This document shows positions 20,288 to 29,575 of a DNA stretch of 60,844 bases, one piece after another. A program made the translations under genes and the position numbers. How positions within the stretch are numbered: the stretch's first letter is position 1; every line of letters starts with the position of its first letter. Source of the DNA: a virus (Duplodnaviria; Heunggongvirae; Uroviricota; Caudoviricetes); IMG/VR virus record IMGVR_UViG_3300048496_000015. One strand, 5' to 3'. The notes under the pieces were generated by a model. It ran no database searches. It had not been told where the DNA came from and saw nothing but the letters and a program-made list of their open reading frames with translations.

Positions 20288-20574
20288 ACATCCGCTTCCG
20301 GCTGATCATGCCAATCTCTAATAGCATGCATCATTTCTGCGAAAAAAGTGGGGGAGGCTGCATAAATATTGACGCTATTAGAACCTCGTATATCTCGGTG
20401 ATTATAAACCCAAATAGCGACTCGATCTTTGTAGACAAACCCCAAATTGTAATCGCGACATCGACAACATATTGATATTGGATCAAGAGGGGCAGTTCGA
20501 ACACGATAATGAGGTTCGTATTCACTAAACCAATCCCCGAGAATTCGATAGAAAGGAGGAGGGAACTCGCTCAT
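20284..20574 (-). CDS. ADPxFF-family paralog (CxC+H type)
   Basis: YRILGDWF / ICCRCRD / YAASPTFFAEM..DWH. Confidence 0.8.
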   Translation of the reverse strand: MSEFPPPFYRILGDWFSEYEPHYRVRTAPLDPISICCRCRDYNLGFVYKDRVAIWVYNHRDIRGSNSVNIYAASPTFFAEMMHAIRDWHDQPEADV

Positions 20575-20906
20575 GGCATCACAATCTTGAAATTATTCAG
20601 GAGACGCTTATCTTTCGGATTGTTATTGAGATAGATTGCTGAATCATGACAAAGAGCGAGGCTCGTATCGAGCTTATCGAAGAACTCGGGATCTGCAGCA
20701 AGAATATAACCAGGATTCTCTGAGCCTACTGCAGATGCAACCAAAACACGATCTTTATTAATTTCAGCAAGTACTTCGATGCTCGGACACGCGCAAGTCA
20801 CATAATCCTCACCACCGTACTCTTCACCATCAACCATTATATGAAAATGAGACCGGCTCAGCCACCAATGTTCTTTGATTAGATCTTTAAGAGTGACGTC
20901 GTCCAT
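20571..20906 (-). CDS. ADPxFF-family paralog (CxC+H type)
   Basis: LKDLIKEHW / TCACPS / LAADPEFFDKL..LCH. Confidence 0.8.
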   Translation of the reverse strand: MDDVTLKDLIKEHWWLSRSHFHIMVDGEEYGGEDYVTCACPSIEVLAEINKDRVLVASAVGSENPGYILAADPEFFDKLDTSLALCHDSAIYLNNNPKDKRLLNNFKIVMP

Positions 20907-21222
20907 TTTCTTTCCTAAACTTATGATAATCGTTCATCGCATCAATCATGTCTTCAAAGAAGGTGGGGGACGCTGCGTAGACCGCACGCGGCCCAGGTTT
21001 TGTTTCTAGATTCGTATACTCGTCATTCCATTCTCTCGTATGGAGATAGCAAGCCATGTCTCGATCTTCGATCCAACCCATAGCCCAATCAACGTTGCTG
21101 CATTTACAGATAATTGAATTACTGTTTTGAACTACAAAATAATGTGTTGCATATTCATATAGCCAATCGTCAATGAGCTGGACGAGAAGAGGGATGCTTT
21201 TGTCTTCGACACTCTTGCTCAC
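20887..21222 (-). CDS. ADPxFF-family paralog (CxC+H type)
   Basis: LVQLIDDWL / ICKCSN / YAASPTFFEDM..DYH. Confidence 0.8.
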   Translation of the reverse strand: MSKSVEDKSIPLLVQLIDDWLYEYATHYFVVQNSNSIICKCSNVDWAMGWIEDRDMACYLHTREWNDEYTNLETKPGPRAVYAASPTFFEDMIDAMNDYHKFRKENGRRHS

Positions 21223-21521
21223 TGCATAGCGCCTGAACGATCTTTCTTAAGGGCAGCCGCGTGCGCGATTTTCAACGCTTCTTTGAATTTCTTAAAGAAG
21301 TTGGGGTCTGCGGCTTTGAGGGTAACAGCATTATCACGATTCATATCCTTGCCCCAAAGGAGCGCTGAATTTTTCTGCACATAACCCATATTGAAGCCGA
21401 GAATGCAAGGACAGTTAATTGAACCGTCTTCCCAGATGTTATAATGACGTTTAAGATTCGTCTTAAACCATTGCTGCATAAGTTCTTTGAAAGTAATTTT
21501 CTTATCCATCATTTCTTCCAA
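21219..21521 (-). CDS. ADPxFF-family paralog (CxC+H type)
   Basis: FKELMQQWF / NCPCIL / KAADPNFFKKF..IAH. Confidence 0.8.
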   Translation of the reverse strand: MEEMMDKKITFKELMQQWFKTNLKRHYNIWEDGSINCPCILGFNMGYVQKNSALLWGKDMNRDNAVTLKAADPNFFKKFKEALKIAHAAALKKDRSGAMQ

Positions 21522-21907
21522 GGAATATTGGGGAAATCTTTATCGGTAGGGCTAGGATTGCGATCACCAATTACACCGCCATTTGAAATCAATTCTTCAT
21601 GTTGCTTACCTCGCGCATGTTCAAATTTTCTCGCCCGCTCATGCCACACAATTATTGCTGATTTTAATTTCTGAAAGAAGAGGGGATCAGCTGGATTAAA
21701 TGAGTTGAAGGGAGGATTCTCTGTATCCATATTCGTCAATGATGTGTTCCAGATTATCACATCACTATTATTTCTATCACCAACCCAGCCCATATTCTTA
21801 CCACGAATACAATCGCAGACTATTTCACCATCTCTGATTACGCTGAAGTGGGACATATTCTCATAGAACCACTTCTTCATGATGTCTTGGAGGGAGAGTT
21901 CATTCAT
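21509..21907 (-). CDS. ADPxFF-family paralog (CxC+H type)
   Basis: LQDIMKKWF / VCDCIR / NPADPLFFQKL..VWH. Confidence 0.8.
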   Translation of the reverse strand: MNELSLQDIMKKWFYENMSHFSVIRDGEIVCDCIRGKNMGWVGDRNNSDVIIWNTSLTNMDTENPPFNSFNPADPLFFQKLKSAIIVWHERARKFEHARGKQHEELISNGGVIGDRNPSPTDKDFPNIPWKK

Positions 21908-22296
21908 CCTGACACCGACCTATATCGTCTTGTTCTAGTTTCGTCAATTTTCTTTCTAATAATCACGTGCCATTTCTCTAGCGCTGGAACTAGCTTGTCG
22001 AAGAAGAGGGGATCGCCCGCACTTAAGATTATTCGATTTTGCTTACCCGTGCTTATCAGCGCATTGTCTTTCCAGACAAGTATCCTGTCCTGGAACACCC
22101 ACCCCATATAGTAGATGCTGTCCACACATTCACACTTAACCGGAAGCCCTCCCTTAGTAGAGGCCCTGCTATAATCTACAAAATAGTGCTCCTGGTTCTC
22201 TGCAAACCAGTCATTCAACAAGTTGCTGAAGGAGGCTCCCTCCTCTCTACCGAGAGGTGGAACTGGCGCTTTGGTCATTAAACCGCACCTTTCCAT
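21904..22296 (-). CDS. ADPxFF-family paralog (CxC+H type)
   Basis: FSNLLNDWF / KCECVD / SAGDPLFFDKL..KWH. Confidence 0.8.
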   Translation of the reverse strand: MERCGLMTKAPVPPLGREEGASFSNLLNDWFAENQEHYFVDYSRASTKGGLPVKCECVDSIYYMGWVFQDRILVWKDNALISTGKQNRIILSAGDPLFFDKLVPALEKWHVIIRKKIDETRTRRYRSVSG

Positions 22297-22655
22297 CTAT
22301 ATCCCGCTATCTTATGCCATTCAACCAATGCTTGATACATCTTCTCAAAGAATTCAGGATCACTGGCACTTATCTTCTTTCCCTCGTCATCAGTCCTTCT
22401 TGAGGTCCATATAATCGCACAGTCGTCATGGATCCACCCCATATTATATCCTGCTGGACGTTCCCCGCTGCTCCCGTGTCCAACGCAGCGACAGAGCACA
22501 TGAGTGGCGAAGCCATCGCCTTGCCTATAAGTAGTTGCATTCTTAGTTTGGTAGGGAGCCAGGTAGAAGTGGGGATCTCGCCTGGCGAGAAAGTCACCAA
22601 CTAGGTCAGCTAGTAGAAGAGGGGACCCAGGAGTGCGCTTAATTTTAGCAGGCAT
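22278..22655 (-). CDS. ADPxFF-family paralog (CxC+H type)
   Basis: LADLVGDFL / LCRCVG / SASDPEFFEKM..EWH. Confidence 0.8.
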   Translation of the reverse strand: MPAKIKRTPGSPLLLADLVGDFLARRDPHFYLAPYQTKNATTYRQGDGFATHVLCRCVGHGSSGERPAGYNMGWIHDDCAIIWTSRRTDDEGKKISASDPEFFEKMYQALVEWHKIAGYRWKGAV

Positions 22656-22980
22656 TAATCATCTCGTGCCATTTCTTCATCGCTTGATAAAACTTCTCGA
22701 AGAACTCGGGGTCCTCTGGGTAAAAGGTCAACCCATCTCTAGCCACGTTGAGGGGGTTATTCCAGGTCACAACGTGGTCCTCGTAAATCAATCCCATGTT
22801 ATAAGTCAAGGAGAGGCACCCACAGATTATCTGGGAGAAAGGTTTCCCGTCATCAACTCCAGCACCAGTGTGCCAATGGTTTGGGGCGAAATGGGGGTCC
22901 CTCTCACCCAGCCATTCCCCGACAACGTCGATTAATCTAAGGGAGGACAGCTCGCGGGGTGGATTAGCTTGTTGTGCCAT
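22645..22980 (-). CDS. ADPxFF-family paralog (CxC+H type)
   Basis: LIDVVGEWL / ICGCLS / YPEDPEFFEKF..KWH. Confidence 0.8.
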   Translation of the reverse strand: MAQQANPPRELSSLRLIDVVGEWLGERDPHFAPNHWHTGAGVDDGKPFSQIICGCLSLTYNMGLIYEDHVVTWNNPLNVARDGLTFYPEDPEFFEKFYQAMKKWHEMINAC

Positions 22981-23330
22981 AAAACCAACTGACTCCGCAA
23001 CTTGGGGAAGAAGTCGGGGTCCCCCGCTTTAAATACAACACTATCTGGGAATATTGGGAATCCCTCTCCATCAAAGTGCCTGACTCCAACCCAGACCTCA
23101 TCTTCCTTAGTGAGAGATTGGTTCCCAATGTAACCAACAATAATTCCATCATTCCGTTGAGGGGGACAATACTTGTCCTTAGGGGCACAAGTAAAGGTGA
23201 TGACCGAGGAACGCACCCCTACTCGGAGATGCTTGCCAAGTGGGGAGGCCTCCTTGCTGCGCAACCAGTTCTTGACTATCAAAGTGAGAGAGGGGGACCA
23301 CTGGGTTCCAGGATTAGTGGAGCGGGCCAT
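22932..23330 (-). CDS. ADPxFF-family paralog
   Basis: LTLIVKNWL / TCAPKDKYC / KAGDPDFFPKL..LWH. Confidence 0.8.
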   Translation of the reverse strand: MARSTNPGTQWSPSLTLIVKNWLRSKEASPLGKHLRVGVRSSVITFTCAPKDKYCPPQRNDGIIVGYIGNQSLTKEDEVWVGVRHFDGEGFPIFPDSVVFKAGDPDFFPKLRSQLVLWHNKLIHPASCPPLD

Positions 23331-23676
23331 TTTTACACCTCAATGTCTTAGCCAACAACATATCCCGTAACTTGTTAAAGAAGAGGGGGTCCGAAGGGTG
23401 GAGCTCATAATATGGACGATAGGAAAAACTTATATCCCGATATATCTCTCCGTTTGACCAGATCATAACATGGTCTTGATACGCGGTTCCAACCAAGTTT
23501 GGAACAGGACAACAACATCTGAAGTCGACAATATGAGTCCCACTTCCGTCAGACCTTATCCCATCGATAGGGCTTTCCTGGAACCAGTCATATACTAGCT
23601 CAGGAAGAGTAGGATTAGTTTCGTCTACCATAACATTCTTTACGGCTTCTTTCCAAAGCCTTTGTAAGCTTCTCAA
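23314..23676 (-). CDS. ADPxFF-family paralog (Cys-terminal type)
   Basis: LPELVYDWF / RCCCPV / HPSDPLFFNKL..RC; true start probably internal. Confidence 0.8.
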   Translation of the reverse strand: MRSLQRLWKEAVKNVMVDETNPTLPELVYDWFQESPIDGIRSDGSGTHIVDFRCCCPVPNLVGTAYQDHVMIWSNGEIYRDISFSYRPYYELHPSDPLFFNKLRDMLLAKTLRCKNGPLH

Positions 23677-23947
23677 AGAAGTCCGGATCCTCTGGATGGA
23701 GAGTTTCTGAATAACGGCTTGCTATCCTAGCCCTTGTCCAGACATCCACTCTATCACTATAGATAGAAGCTAAAACACAAGTAGGTTGACAGTAGTCACA
23801 CCTGAAAACAGGTGGCCAACCTCTAAGATCCCTAAACAGACGAACTCCCAAAACACGAACGCGGCGGTCCTTCCACCACTCATGGATTAGATCTAAGAGA
23901 TCAGGTTCGTTATATAATTCCTTATCCACAACATCTCTTTCGTTCAC
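23615..23947 (-). CDS. ADPxFF-family paralog (Cys-terminal type)
   Basis: LLDLIHEWW / RCDYCQ / HPEDPDFFEKL..EC. Confidence 0.8.
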   Translation of the reverse strand: MNERDVVDKELYNEPDLLDLIHEWWKDRRVRVLGVRLFRDLRGWPPVFRCDYCQPTCVLASIYSDRVDVWTRARIASRYSETLHPEDPDFFEKLTKALERSRKECYGRRN

Positions 23948-24221
23948 GGAGAAGTATCCTCTCGAGTTTAGTAAAGAAACGCGGGTCCTCCGCCCTGAGA
24001 ACTGTATTGGTAGTCTTGCCAGTATAATGCTGATCCCAGACTTCTATATTGTCATCGTTGACATCGGCAAGTATGCCGTATTTAGGACAACCATTACATC
24101 TGAAACCCATCGAACTAAAGAATGCTACTCCAGAATAATTAACCTGTTCTCTAAATGATATAGGTGTATTCTGAAACCAGTCAAGCAATATATCTGAAAG
24201 TTTAATCACGGTCCACAACAC
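23922..24221 (-). CDS. ADPxFF-family paralog (Cys-terminal type)
   Basis: LSDILLDWF / RCNGCP / RAEDPRFFTKL..RCC. Confidence 0.8.
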   Translation of the reverse strand: MLWTVIKLSDILLDWFQNTPISFREQVNYSGVAFFSSMGFRCNGCPKYGILADVNDDNIEVWDQHYTGKTTNTVLRAEDPRFFTKLERILLRERKRCCG

Positions 24222-24508
24222 TGCTTCTGTTTGTTAAGTAGCGCGTCTGTTAGATTATCTAGAAACTTAGGATCTGCAATATTAAGAATCTCGGTAGAAG
24301 AACCGGACGAAGTAGTCCCATCGTGATCAATTACTACGCAGTCTTCTTTAATCCAAGCCAATTTGGTTGATCTATTACAGTTACAGGTAAATCCTGGGGT
24401 ATAGTATACGTAGCGAACCTTCTCCCTAAACCAACGTGGCGTCTGCTCGACCCACCAGTCCATCAGTAGTTCTGAGAGTCTAACGTTTATTTCGGACATT
24501 TCGGGCAC
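24206..24508 (-). CDS. ADPxFF-family paralog (Cys-terminal type)
   Basis: LSELLMDWW / TCNCNR / NIADPKFLDNL..QCC. Confidence 0.8.
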   Translation of the reverse strand: MPEMSEINVRLSELLMDWWVEQTPRWFREKVRYVYYTPGFTCNCNRSTKLAWIKEDCVVIDHDGTTSSGSSTEILNIADPKFLDNLTDALLNKQKQCCGP

Positions 24509-25119
24509 CGTTGTTTAAGTAATGTCTCCTGTAGATTCTTGAAGAAGTCGGGCTTGGCGGAATCGTGTACAACGCCCATTGGCCTTCCATCCGGGTTAAC
24601 GACTCCAGCCCTATCCCAAACAATTACATGATCATCGTTGACTGTAGCAATCCAAATGGGCGGACTACATCCACAAGCAATTCCAGCAGCGTACGAGACA
24701 CTGGTTGAAGTATGAAAAACAACTCTCTTTTTAAAAGATTTAGATCTTTTGAGCCACCAATCAAATACTATATGCGATAAACTAATACCGTTGTTCAAGC
24801 AGCATTCTCGAACAGTACGATACAGACCTTCAACCATTTTCTTGAAGAGTTCGGGTTCCGAAGGATTGTAATCCTTACGTTCAAAATTCTGAAGATCATG
24901 TTTCTTCGGTGCCCAAATAGTTACAACATCGTCTACCTCATCATATACTTCAGCTTCCCAGAGGCTAATAACCCAGGTCTTTTTTCGACATTTACACTCA
25001 AACCCCGGACACTTGTTGCTATCGCGTGGTTTATATTGGAATAGGTGATGGAGATGGGATTGTGTGCCCCACCATTCGAGCATCAGATCGTGGAATTTAA
25101 TAGACAAATCGTTGTTCAT
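24487..25119 (-). CDS. ADPxFF-family two-domain fusion
   Basis: Domain 1 FHDLMLEWW / ECKCRK / NPSEPELFKKM..ECC; domain 2 LSHIVFDWW / ACGCSP / DSAKPDFFKNL..RCPKC. Confidence 0.8.
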   Translation of the reverse strand: MNNDLSIKFHDLMLEWWGTQSHLHHLFQYKPRDSNKCPGFECKCRKKTWVISLWEAEVYDEVDDVVTIWAPKKHDLQNFERKDYNPSEPELFKKMVEGLYRTVRECCLNNGISLSHIVFDWWLKRSKSFKKRVVFHTSTSVSYAAGIACGCSPPIWIATVNDDHVIVWDRAGVVNPDGRPMGVVHDSAKPDFFKNLQETLLKQRCPKCPK

Positions 25120-25429
25120 GGCGACAATTACGACGTTGTTCTAACATCGCATCAACGAGCTGCTCAAAAAAAGCAGGATGAGAAGGATAATAACTAGTAC
25201 GGGTACAATTTACACCTTTCTGCGGACCCCAGACAACAGCACGATCATCACAGATAGTAACGATCCAGTAAGCCCCGCAATTGCAGCGAATGCCAGGCTG
25301 AAACTTCCCATCACCCGAAACATATTCGAAGAGATCTTGGAGAGAATGTCTTTCTTGCCACCAATCTCGCATTATAATCCTAAAATCGGGAGTTATGTGC
25401 GACGATGGATTAGAGCCTGTTGTCATCAT
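25097..25429 (-). CDS. ADPxFF-family paralog (Cys-terminal type)
   Basis: FRIIMRDWW / RCNCGA / YPSHPAFFEQL..NCRH. Confidence 0.8.
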   Translation of the reverse strand: MMTTGSNPSSHITPDFRIIMRDWWQERHSLQDLFEYVSGDGKFQPGIRCNCGAYWIVTICDDRAVVWGPQKGVNCTRTSYYPSHPAFFEQLVDAMLEQRRNCRHEQRFVY

Positions 25430-25760
25430 AATCAGTCACCGGTGGTAATCCCCTTATCTGCCTGATTCCAATATGTGAACAACTGGCAAGACAAATATTG
25501 ATATGCATCTCAAGCTCACTAAACATTTCAGGATCGTAAGCTGGAATTTCAGACATTCTCTCATCACGCGGCGGTGTCCAACCTCTAACTGTTAATTTCT
25601 TATTGTTAATCATAGCGATCCAGATCGAACAACATCTACATGATATTACCCATTCATGTTCTACTTCTTGCATTGGCTCAACGTAGAGCTTCTCGTACAA
25701 CCATGGCTTGGTTACTAACCATCGCTCTACTGCCATCGATAATGTTATATCATTCATCAT
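25410..25760 (-). CDS. ADPxFF-family paralog (Cys-terminal type)
   Basis: LSMAVERWL / SCRCCS / PAYDPEMFSEL..SCSH. Confidence 0.8.
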   Translation of the reverse strand: MMNDITLSMAVERWLVTKPWLYEKLYVEPMQEVEHEWVISCRCCSIWIAMINNKKLTVRGWTPPRDERMSEIPAYDPEMFSELEMHINICLASCSHIGIRQIRGLPPVTDYDDNRL

Positions 25761-26052
25761 GTGCGCTCACATGAACAAAGATTGCGTGTTCGAGCTTACC
25801 GAAGAGATTAGGATCGGAAGCTGTGATTGTCCGTATGCCATCATCAGTATCCATAGCAACTTCCGCGTCTTCATTACTAACGAGGATAATATAATTATTG
25901 CAAGTGCTGCATCTAATAACATGATGGTGAGTTTCGTATATCATCATAGGTAGCACTCCTCGAGTCCCAATAAAAACTCTCTCGTTGAGCGCTTCGTGGC
26001 AATCTAACCACTTCTCTAGAAGTTCAGACAGCGTTACTTGATCAGTGGCCAT
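25750..26052 (-). CDS. ADPxFF-family paralog
   Basis: LSELLEKWL / RCSTCN / TASDPNLFGKL..H. Confidence 0.8.
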   Translation of the reverse strand: MATDQVTLSELLEKWLDCHEALNERVFIGTRGVLPMMIYETHHHVIRCSTCNNYIILVSNEDAEVAMDTDDGIRTITASDPNLFGKLEHAIFVHVSAHDE

Positions 26053-26098
26053 ATTAGATAAACAACCATACCTATAAAAGCGATCCAGACGATCACCT

Positions 26099-26473
26099 CT
26101 ATTGTTCGTCCGATTGTTTCGACTTTATCTCCCACGGCTTCTCCCTAGTATAGTGTCCCCTATCTCCCCCACAATGCGCCTGCTCTTCAATTAGAACCTT
26201 CTTCAATTTCTCAAAGAAATCTGGATCTGAGGCTTTAATATAATCTTTCGGACGCCAGCGAGTTGCCTCTATATCAGATGTGGTTGTCCAACCATGATTC
26301 CAACCAACCTGGTCTTCCCCGATAATAATTAACCATCTACTACAACCACAAGCAATACCATATTTGGCCCATGCCATCTCTGGCGAAGAAACTGCCATAA
26401 ACCTCTCTGCGAGGTCTGGATCTTTATTAATCCAATCGAATACTAATTCGTGAAGTTCAACGGTGTCGCCCAT
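26099..26473 (-). CDS. ADPxFF-family paralog (Cys-terminal type)
   Basis: LHELVFDWI / ACGCSR / KASDPDFFEKL..HC. Confidence 0.8.
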   Translation of the reverse strand: MGDTVELHELVFDWINKDPDLAERFMAVSSPEMAWAKYGIACGCSRWLIIIGEDQVGWNHGWTTTSDIEATRWRPKDYIKASDPDFFEKLKKVLIEEQAHCGGDRGHYTREKPWEIKSKQSDEQ

Positions 26474-26751
26474 AGTCTCTTATCTCTATGAATGCCTTCA
26501 ATACGAGCTATCAGATATCTTTCGAACTTACTAAAGAATTCGGGATCAGCGGCCCGTAAAACATACAGCCCTTCATCAAGATCAGCAAATCCAATAAAGT
26601 AAACAGAATCTTCACGAATACGGGCGAACGATGATCTTGTCTCCCGATCATAGATGTCATATGATGAAGCCGCTGTTCCAATGGTGTATCTCGCGGGAAA
26701 TTTTGGTTCCATCCAGTCCTTGATTATCTGTCTAAGATTTAAAGCGTCCAT
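26443..26751 (-). CDS. ADPxFF-family paralog (no Cys pair)
   Basis: LRQIIKDWM / RAADPEFFSKF. Confidence 0.8.
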   Translation of the reverse strand: MDALNLRQIIKDWMEPKFPARYTIGTAASSYDIYDRETRSSFARIREDSVYFIGFADLDEGLYVLRAADPEFFSKFERYLIARIEGIHRDKRLWATPLNFTN

Positions 26752-27080
26752 GTCTTACCGTAACAATGTTGTGGTGGCAATCTTAATGACCTGTCGTTTA
26801 AATAATCTTTTAACTTCTCAAAGAAGTTCGGATTTGCAGCCCGCAGTGTTAACTTATCACCACTGAGCAGCTGCACTAACAAGTTGTCTTCCCAGATTGC
26901 CGCCGGATAACTCTCTGTAATCTTATCGAATAAACCATATTCACTAAATGGCCCGATAAATATACTCACTGCTCGTTTCACTTCATATCGTCCGTGAAAC
27001 TTCTCTGCGACGAGCCAATCAGCTATTATTGTAGTGAGCTTCAGAATATCACCTGATCTCGAGCAACAATCTCTTCCCAA
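26739..27080 (-). CDS. ADPxFF-family paralog (no core Cys pair)
   Basis: LTTIIADWL / RAANPNFFEKL. Confidence 0.8.
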   Translation of the reverse strand: MGRDCCSRSGDILKLTTIIADWLVAEKFHGRYEVKRAVSIFIGPFSEYGLFDKITESYPAAIWEDNLLVQLLSGDKLTLRAANPNFFEKLKDYLNDRSLRLPPQHCYGKTWTL

Positions 27081-27367
27081 GTTGGTTCTGCCAACATGAC
27101 AGCTTTAACTTTCTTAAAGTATTCAGGATCAGCAGGATTAAGTTCTTCTTTAGTTATTCGAGATATCTTAAGATTACCTTCAAAGTCAATTGTGGCATTG
27201 GGCAAATCCCGATGCTGCTTGGGTGTGAGATGCCGTTTGGGTGTAATGAACCATGTATAGAGCGGATTATCTATAATAGTGTTCTCTTTAATGTCGTAGA
27301 GCTCTTTCATTACTGGATCTGTCTTAAACCACTCTACCATTATATGACCAAGATTGATCTTTTCCAT
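27041..27367 (-). CDS. ADPxFF-family paralog (no Cys pair)
   Basis: LGHIMVEWF / NPADPEYFKKV. Confidence 0.8.
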   Translation of the reverse strand: MEKINLGHIMVEWFKTDPVMKELYDIKENTIIDNPLYTWFITPKRHLTPKQHRDLPNATIDFEGNLKISRITKEELNPADPEYFKKVKAVMLAEPTWEEIVARDQVIF

Positions 27368-27419
27368 ATGTTATTGTATAATAGAATAATTATATAGATA
27401 TCTAATACCGAAGTTCGCG

Positions 27420-27734
27420 CTACGACGAGACGTGCGGAGTACGTTGTTCAAAATGATTTCTCCGCCAGGTCAGATACTTTTCTAATTTCGGGAAGAATTC
27501 AGGATCGGCAGCCCAAAAGGTAATTTCCTTATGGCCGTGTCGGTGTGCTATTTCTACCCTATCTGGAGAAATCAAGCCTATTTCAAAAGCCCAAGATGAT
27601 TCTCTAACATCAGCAATGGTATTACGACCATTCTTGGCTTTAATGACTCCGTAGAACCTAGGGAATAGGTTGAAATGTGCATTACGAAGCCAGTATTCAA
27701 CAAGTTGTGTTAGGGTGAGATTAGGATCGGTCAC
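27420..27734 (-). CDS. ADPxFF-family paralog (no Cys pair)
   Basis: LTQLVEYWL / WAADPEFFPKL. Confidence 0.8.
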   Translation of the reverse strand: MTDPNLTLTQLVEYWLRNAHFNLFPRFYGVIKAKNGRNTIADVRESSWAFEIGLISPDRVEIAHRHGHKEITFWAADPEFFPKLEKYLTWRRNHFEQRTPHVSS

Positions 27735-28081
27735 TTTTCCTCTACTACTTCCTTAATCAGGAATGTACTCACTAACGAATCAAGTTCTTTACGTCTTGCG
27801 GCCAGCTTTTCTGCTGACACCTTCTTATCCATTCCTGCTAACATTCTACGATAATGACGATGCGACAAAAATGAATCGGCGAGTTTTTCAAACATCTTTG
27901 GATCAGCGGCTTGCATTATAGCAGGTCCTTCCGGCGTTATAACCTTAACCAAATCGCCTCTGATCAAGCCTGCGATATGTGGTGCACTATCATTGAACAT
28001 AATAGTACCAGCAATGACTTTAAAATCTTTAAATTCTTCCTGCTCACTGACCCAGGTTTCAACAAAATTTTCCAATTCCAT
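27731..28081 (-). CDS. ADPxFF-family paralog (no Cys pair)
   Basis: LENFVETWV / QAADPKMFEKL. Confidence 0.8.
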   Translation of the reverse strand: MELENFVETWVSEQEEFKDFKVIAGTIMFNDSAPHIAGLIRGDLVKVITPEGPAIMQAADPKMFEKLADSFLSHRHYRRMLAGMDKKVSAEKLAARRKELDSLVSTFLIKEVVEEK

Positions 28082-28187
28082 AACTCTTGTCTATCCTATT
28101 TGTAGATTTTCATAATCATTGACAATAAATTATTAGATAATGGGATAATTATATCTAGTTCTCATATCGCGTAACGCGCGCGGCGCG

Positions 28188-28580
28188 TTATTTTAGTATT
28201 ACCGGACACTGCTTACCGTCATCATGGGACCAATTATGAGAAGACACAAGTGCTTTCCTCAATTTCTTGAAGAACTCAGGATCAGTGGCTTTTAAAGCAC
28301 GCCAATCACCGTATCTCTTTAACCATTTAGTATAAGGGCCCTCTCCTCCATAATCTGCGTCTCTCTGGATAACTGGTCTAATCTCAACACCATCTTCTTT
28401 GATCCAACCGAGAATATTAATGACCGGCCCACCACTAGTACAGAATGTGACAATAGTTGGAGTACTACCGTCTTCGACATTGAAATCTAGACTGTTATCC
28501 CAAACCCTTAAATGTTCTTTTAAAACTGGACTGCGATCTATCCAATCTTTTATGATTGTTGTTAGTTTAATCATTTCCAA
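28188..28580 (-). CDS. ADPxFF-family paralog
   Basis: LTTIIKDWI / KATDPEFFKKL..SHNWSH. Confidence 0.8.
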   Translation of the reverse strand: MEMIKLTTIIKDWIDRSPVLKEHLRVWDNSLDFNVEDGSTPTIVTFCTSGGPVINILGWIKEDGVEIRPVIQRDADYGGEGPYTKWLKRYGDWRALKATDPEFFKKLRKALVSSHNWSHDDGKQCPVILK

Positions 28581-28855
28581 TCATAATGTCTAAAGGACTT
28601 TAATAATTCGATTTTTATCTTCCTAAAGAAATCAGGATCTGCTGCCTCCATCTTACATGAGCGAGGCTCCAGGAATTCTACATAAGTGTCATATACTTTC
28701 GCTTGCATATATCCTAAAGCTCCACACTCACATTCTATTGTATAATTCGGCATATTCCCCCACATAATCAATTTAAAATGGTTCTTGAAAGCAGAGTCTT
28801 TAAGCCAATCGGATATGGCCTTAGAGAGGTGCACTAGTCCTCTCCGGTTATCCAA
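28571..28855 (-). CDS. ADPxFF-family paralog (CxC+H type)
   Basis: LSKAISDWL / IECECGA / EAADPDFFRKI..RH. Confidence 0.8.
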   Translation of the reverse strand: MDNRRGLVHLSKAISDWLKDSAFKNHFKLIMWGNMPNYTIECECGALGYMQAKVYDTYVEFLEPRSCKMEAADPDFFRKIKIELLKSFRHYDWK

Positions 28856-29199
28856 TCATAATCCTCGATCATATCACCCCAACTTTCGCGAATAATGTAC
28901 ATGTCTACCCCTATGGGGTACCATGCAGAGCCTTGAAGCTTGGGTATATGTCTTCGGAAGGTTAGTGCTCTCCCATTCTTTGTCTGTAAAGCCCAAAAAC
29001 CTTTATCGTAGGAGAGTTGCTCTGGTGATATATCAACAGGAAGAAAGATATTAACTCTCTTCCAATCGGTTGCGTATTGACTCGGGATGCTTTCATAATC
29101 TAGGATTACAAATGCTTCCCGGCTTGTAGTCTTAACAGCGCCTTTCAAGATGGGCGTCGGGTTGCTAAAGGCATCATCGAGCTCATGCTCGAATACCAT
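28834..29199 (-). CDS. Hypothetical protein (not an array member)
   Basis: 121-aa ORF lacking both family motifs. Confidence 0.65.
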   Translation of the reverse strand: MVFEHELDDAFSNPTPILKGAVKTTSREAFVILDYESIPSQYATDWKRVNIFLPVDISPEQLSYDKGFWALQTKNGRALTFRRHIPKLQGSAWYPIGVDMYIIRESWGDMIEDYDWITGED

Positions 29200-29344
29200 A
29201 GATTCATCCTAAATAGTAGTTTGGAATAATTCGGACAGAATAGTCCTTTAGATGTTCAGGAGTGCCCTACACAGTAAGGTTCTCATAAGGTATATTTATT
29301 CTGCAAAGCTTCATCCAAAATGATTCGGAAAAATCCAGAGGTGG

Positions 29345-29575
29345 TCATTCTGGCCTCCACATACCTTGCCAAAAATCTACAACCTTATCAATTTTCTTAC
29401 CCCAACGTTTCTTAAGCTTTTTCTCTTTACGCTCCCAGTCGTATTTCCTACCAACCTGCGTAATTTCGACGTCCGGGTAGAGACAAAGTAAGAAAGTAGT
29501 ACCTATAAGTATCACCGACATAAAGAAAACAGAAAGTCGAAACCACGGGAACCAAAACTTACCTTCTCTTACCAT
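29345..29575 (-). CDS. Small membrane protein
   Basis: Hydrophobic stretch LSVFFMSVILIGTTFLLCLY followed by a basic tail. Confidence 0.65.
   Translation of the reverse strand: MVREGKFWFPWFRLSVFFMSVILIGTTFLLCLYPDVEITQVGRKYDWERKEKKLKKRWGKKIDKVVDFWQGMWRPE

Noticed and set aside
28168-28190. GC island taacgcgc-gcg-gcgcgtta inside the AT-rich array
   Set aside because: Probably an ordinary hairpin or terminator at a gene end; single copy, no further pattern
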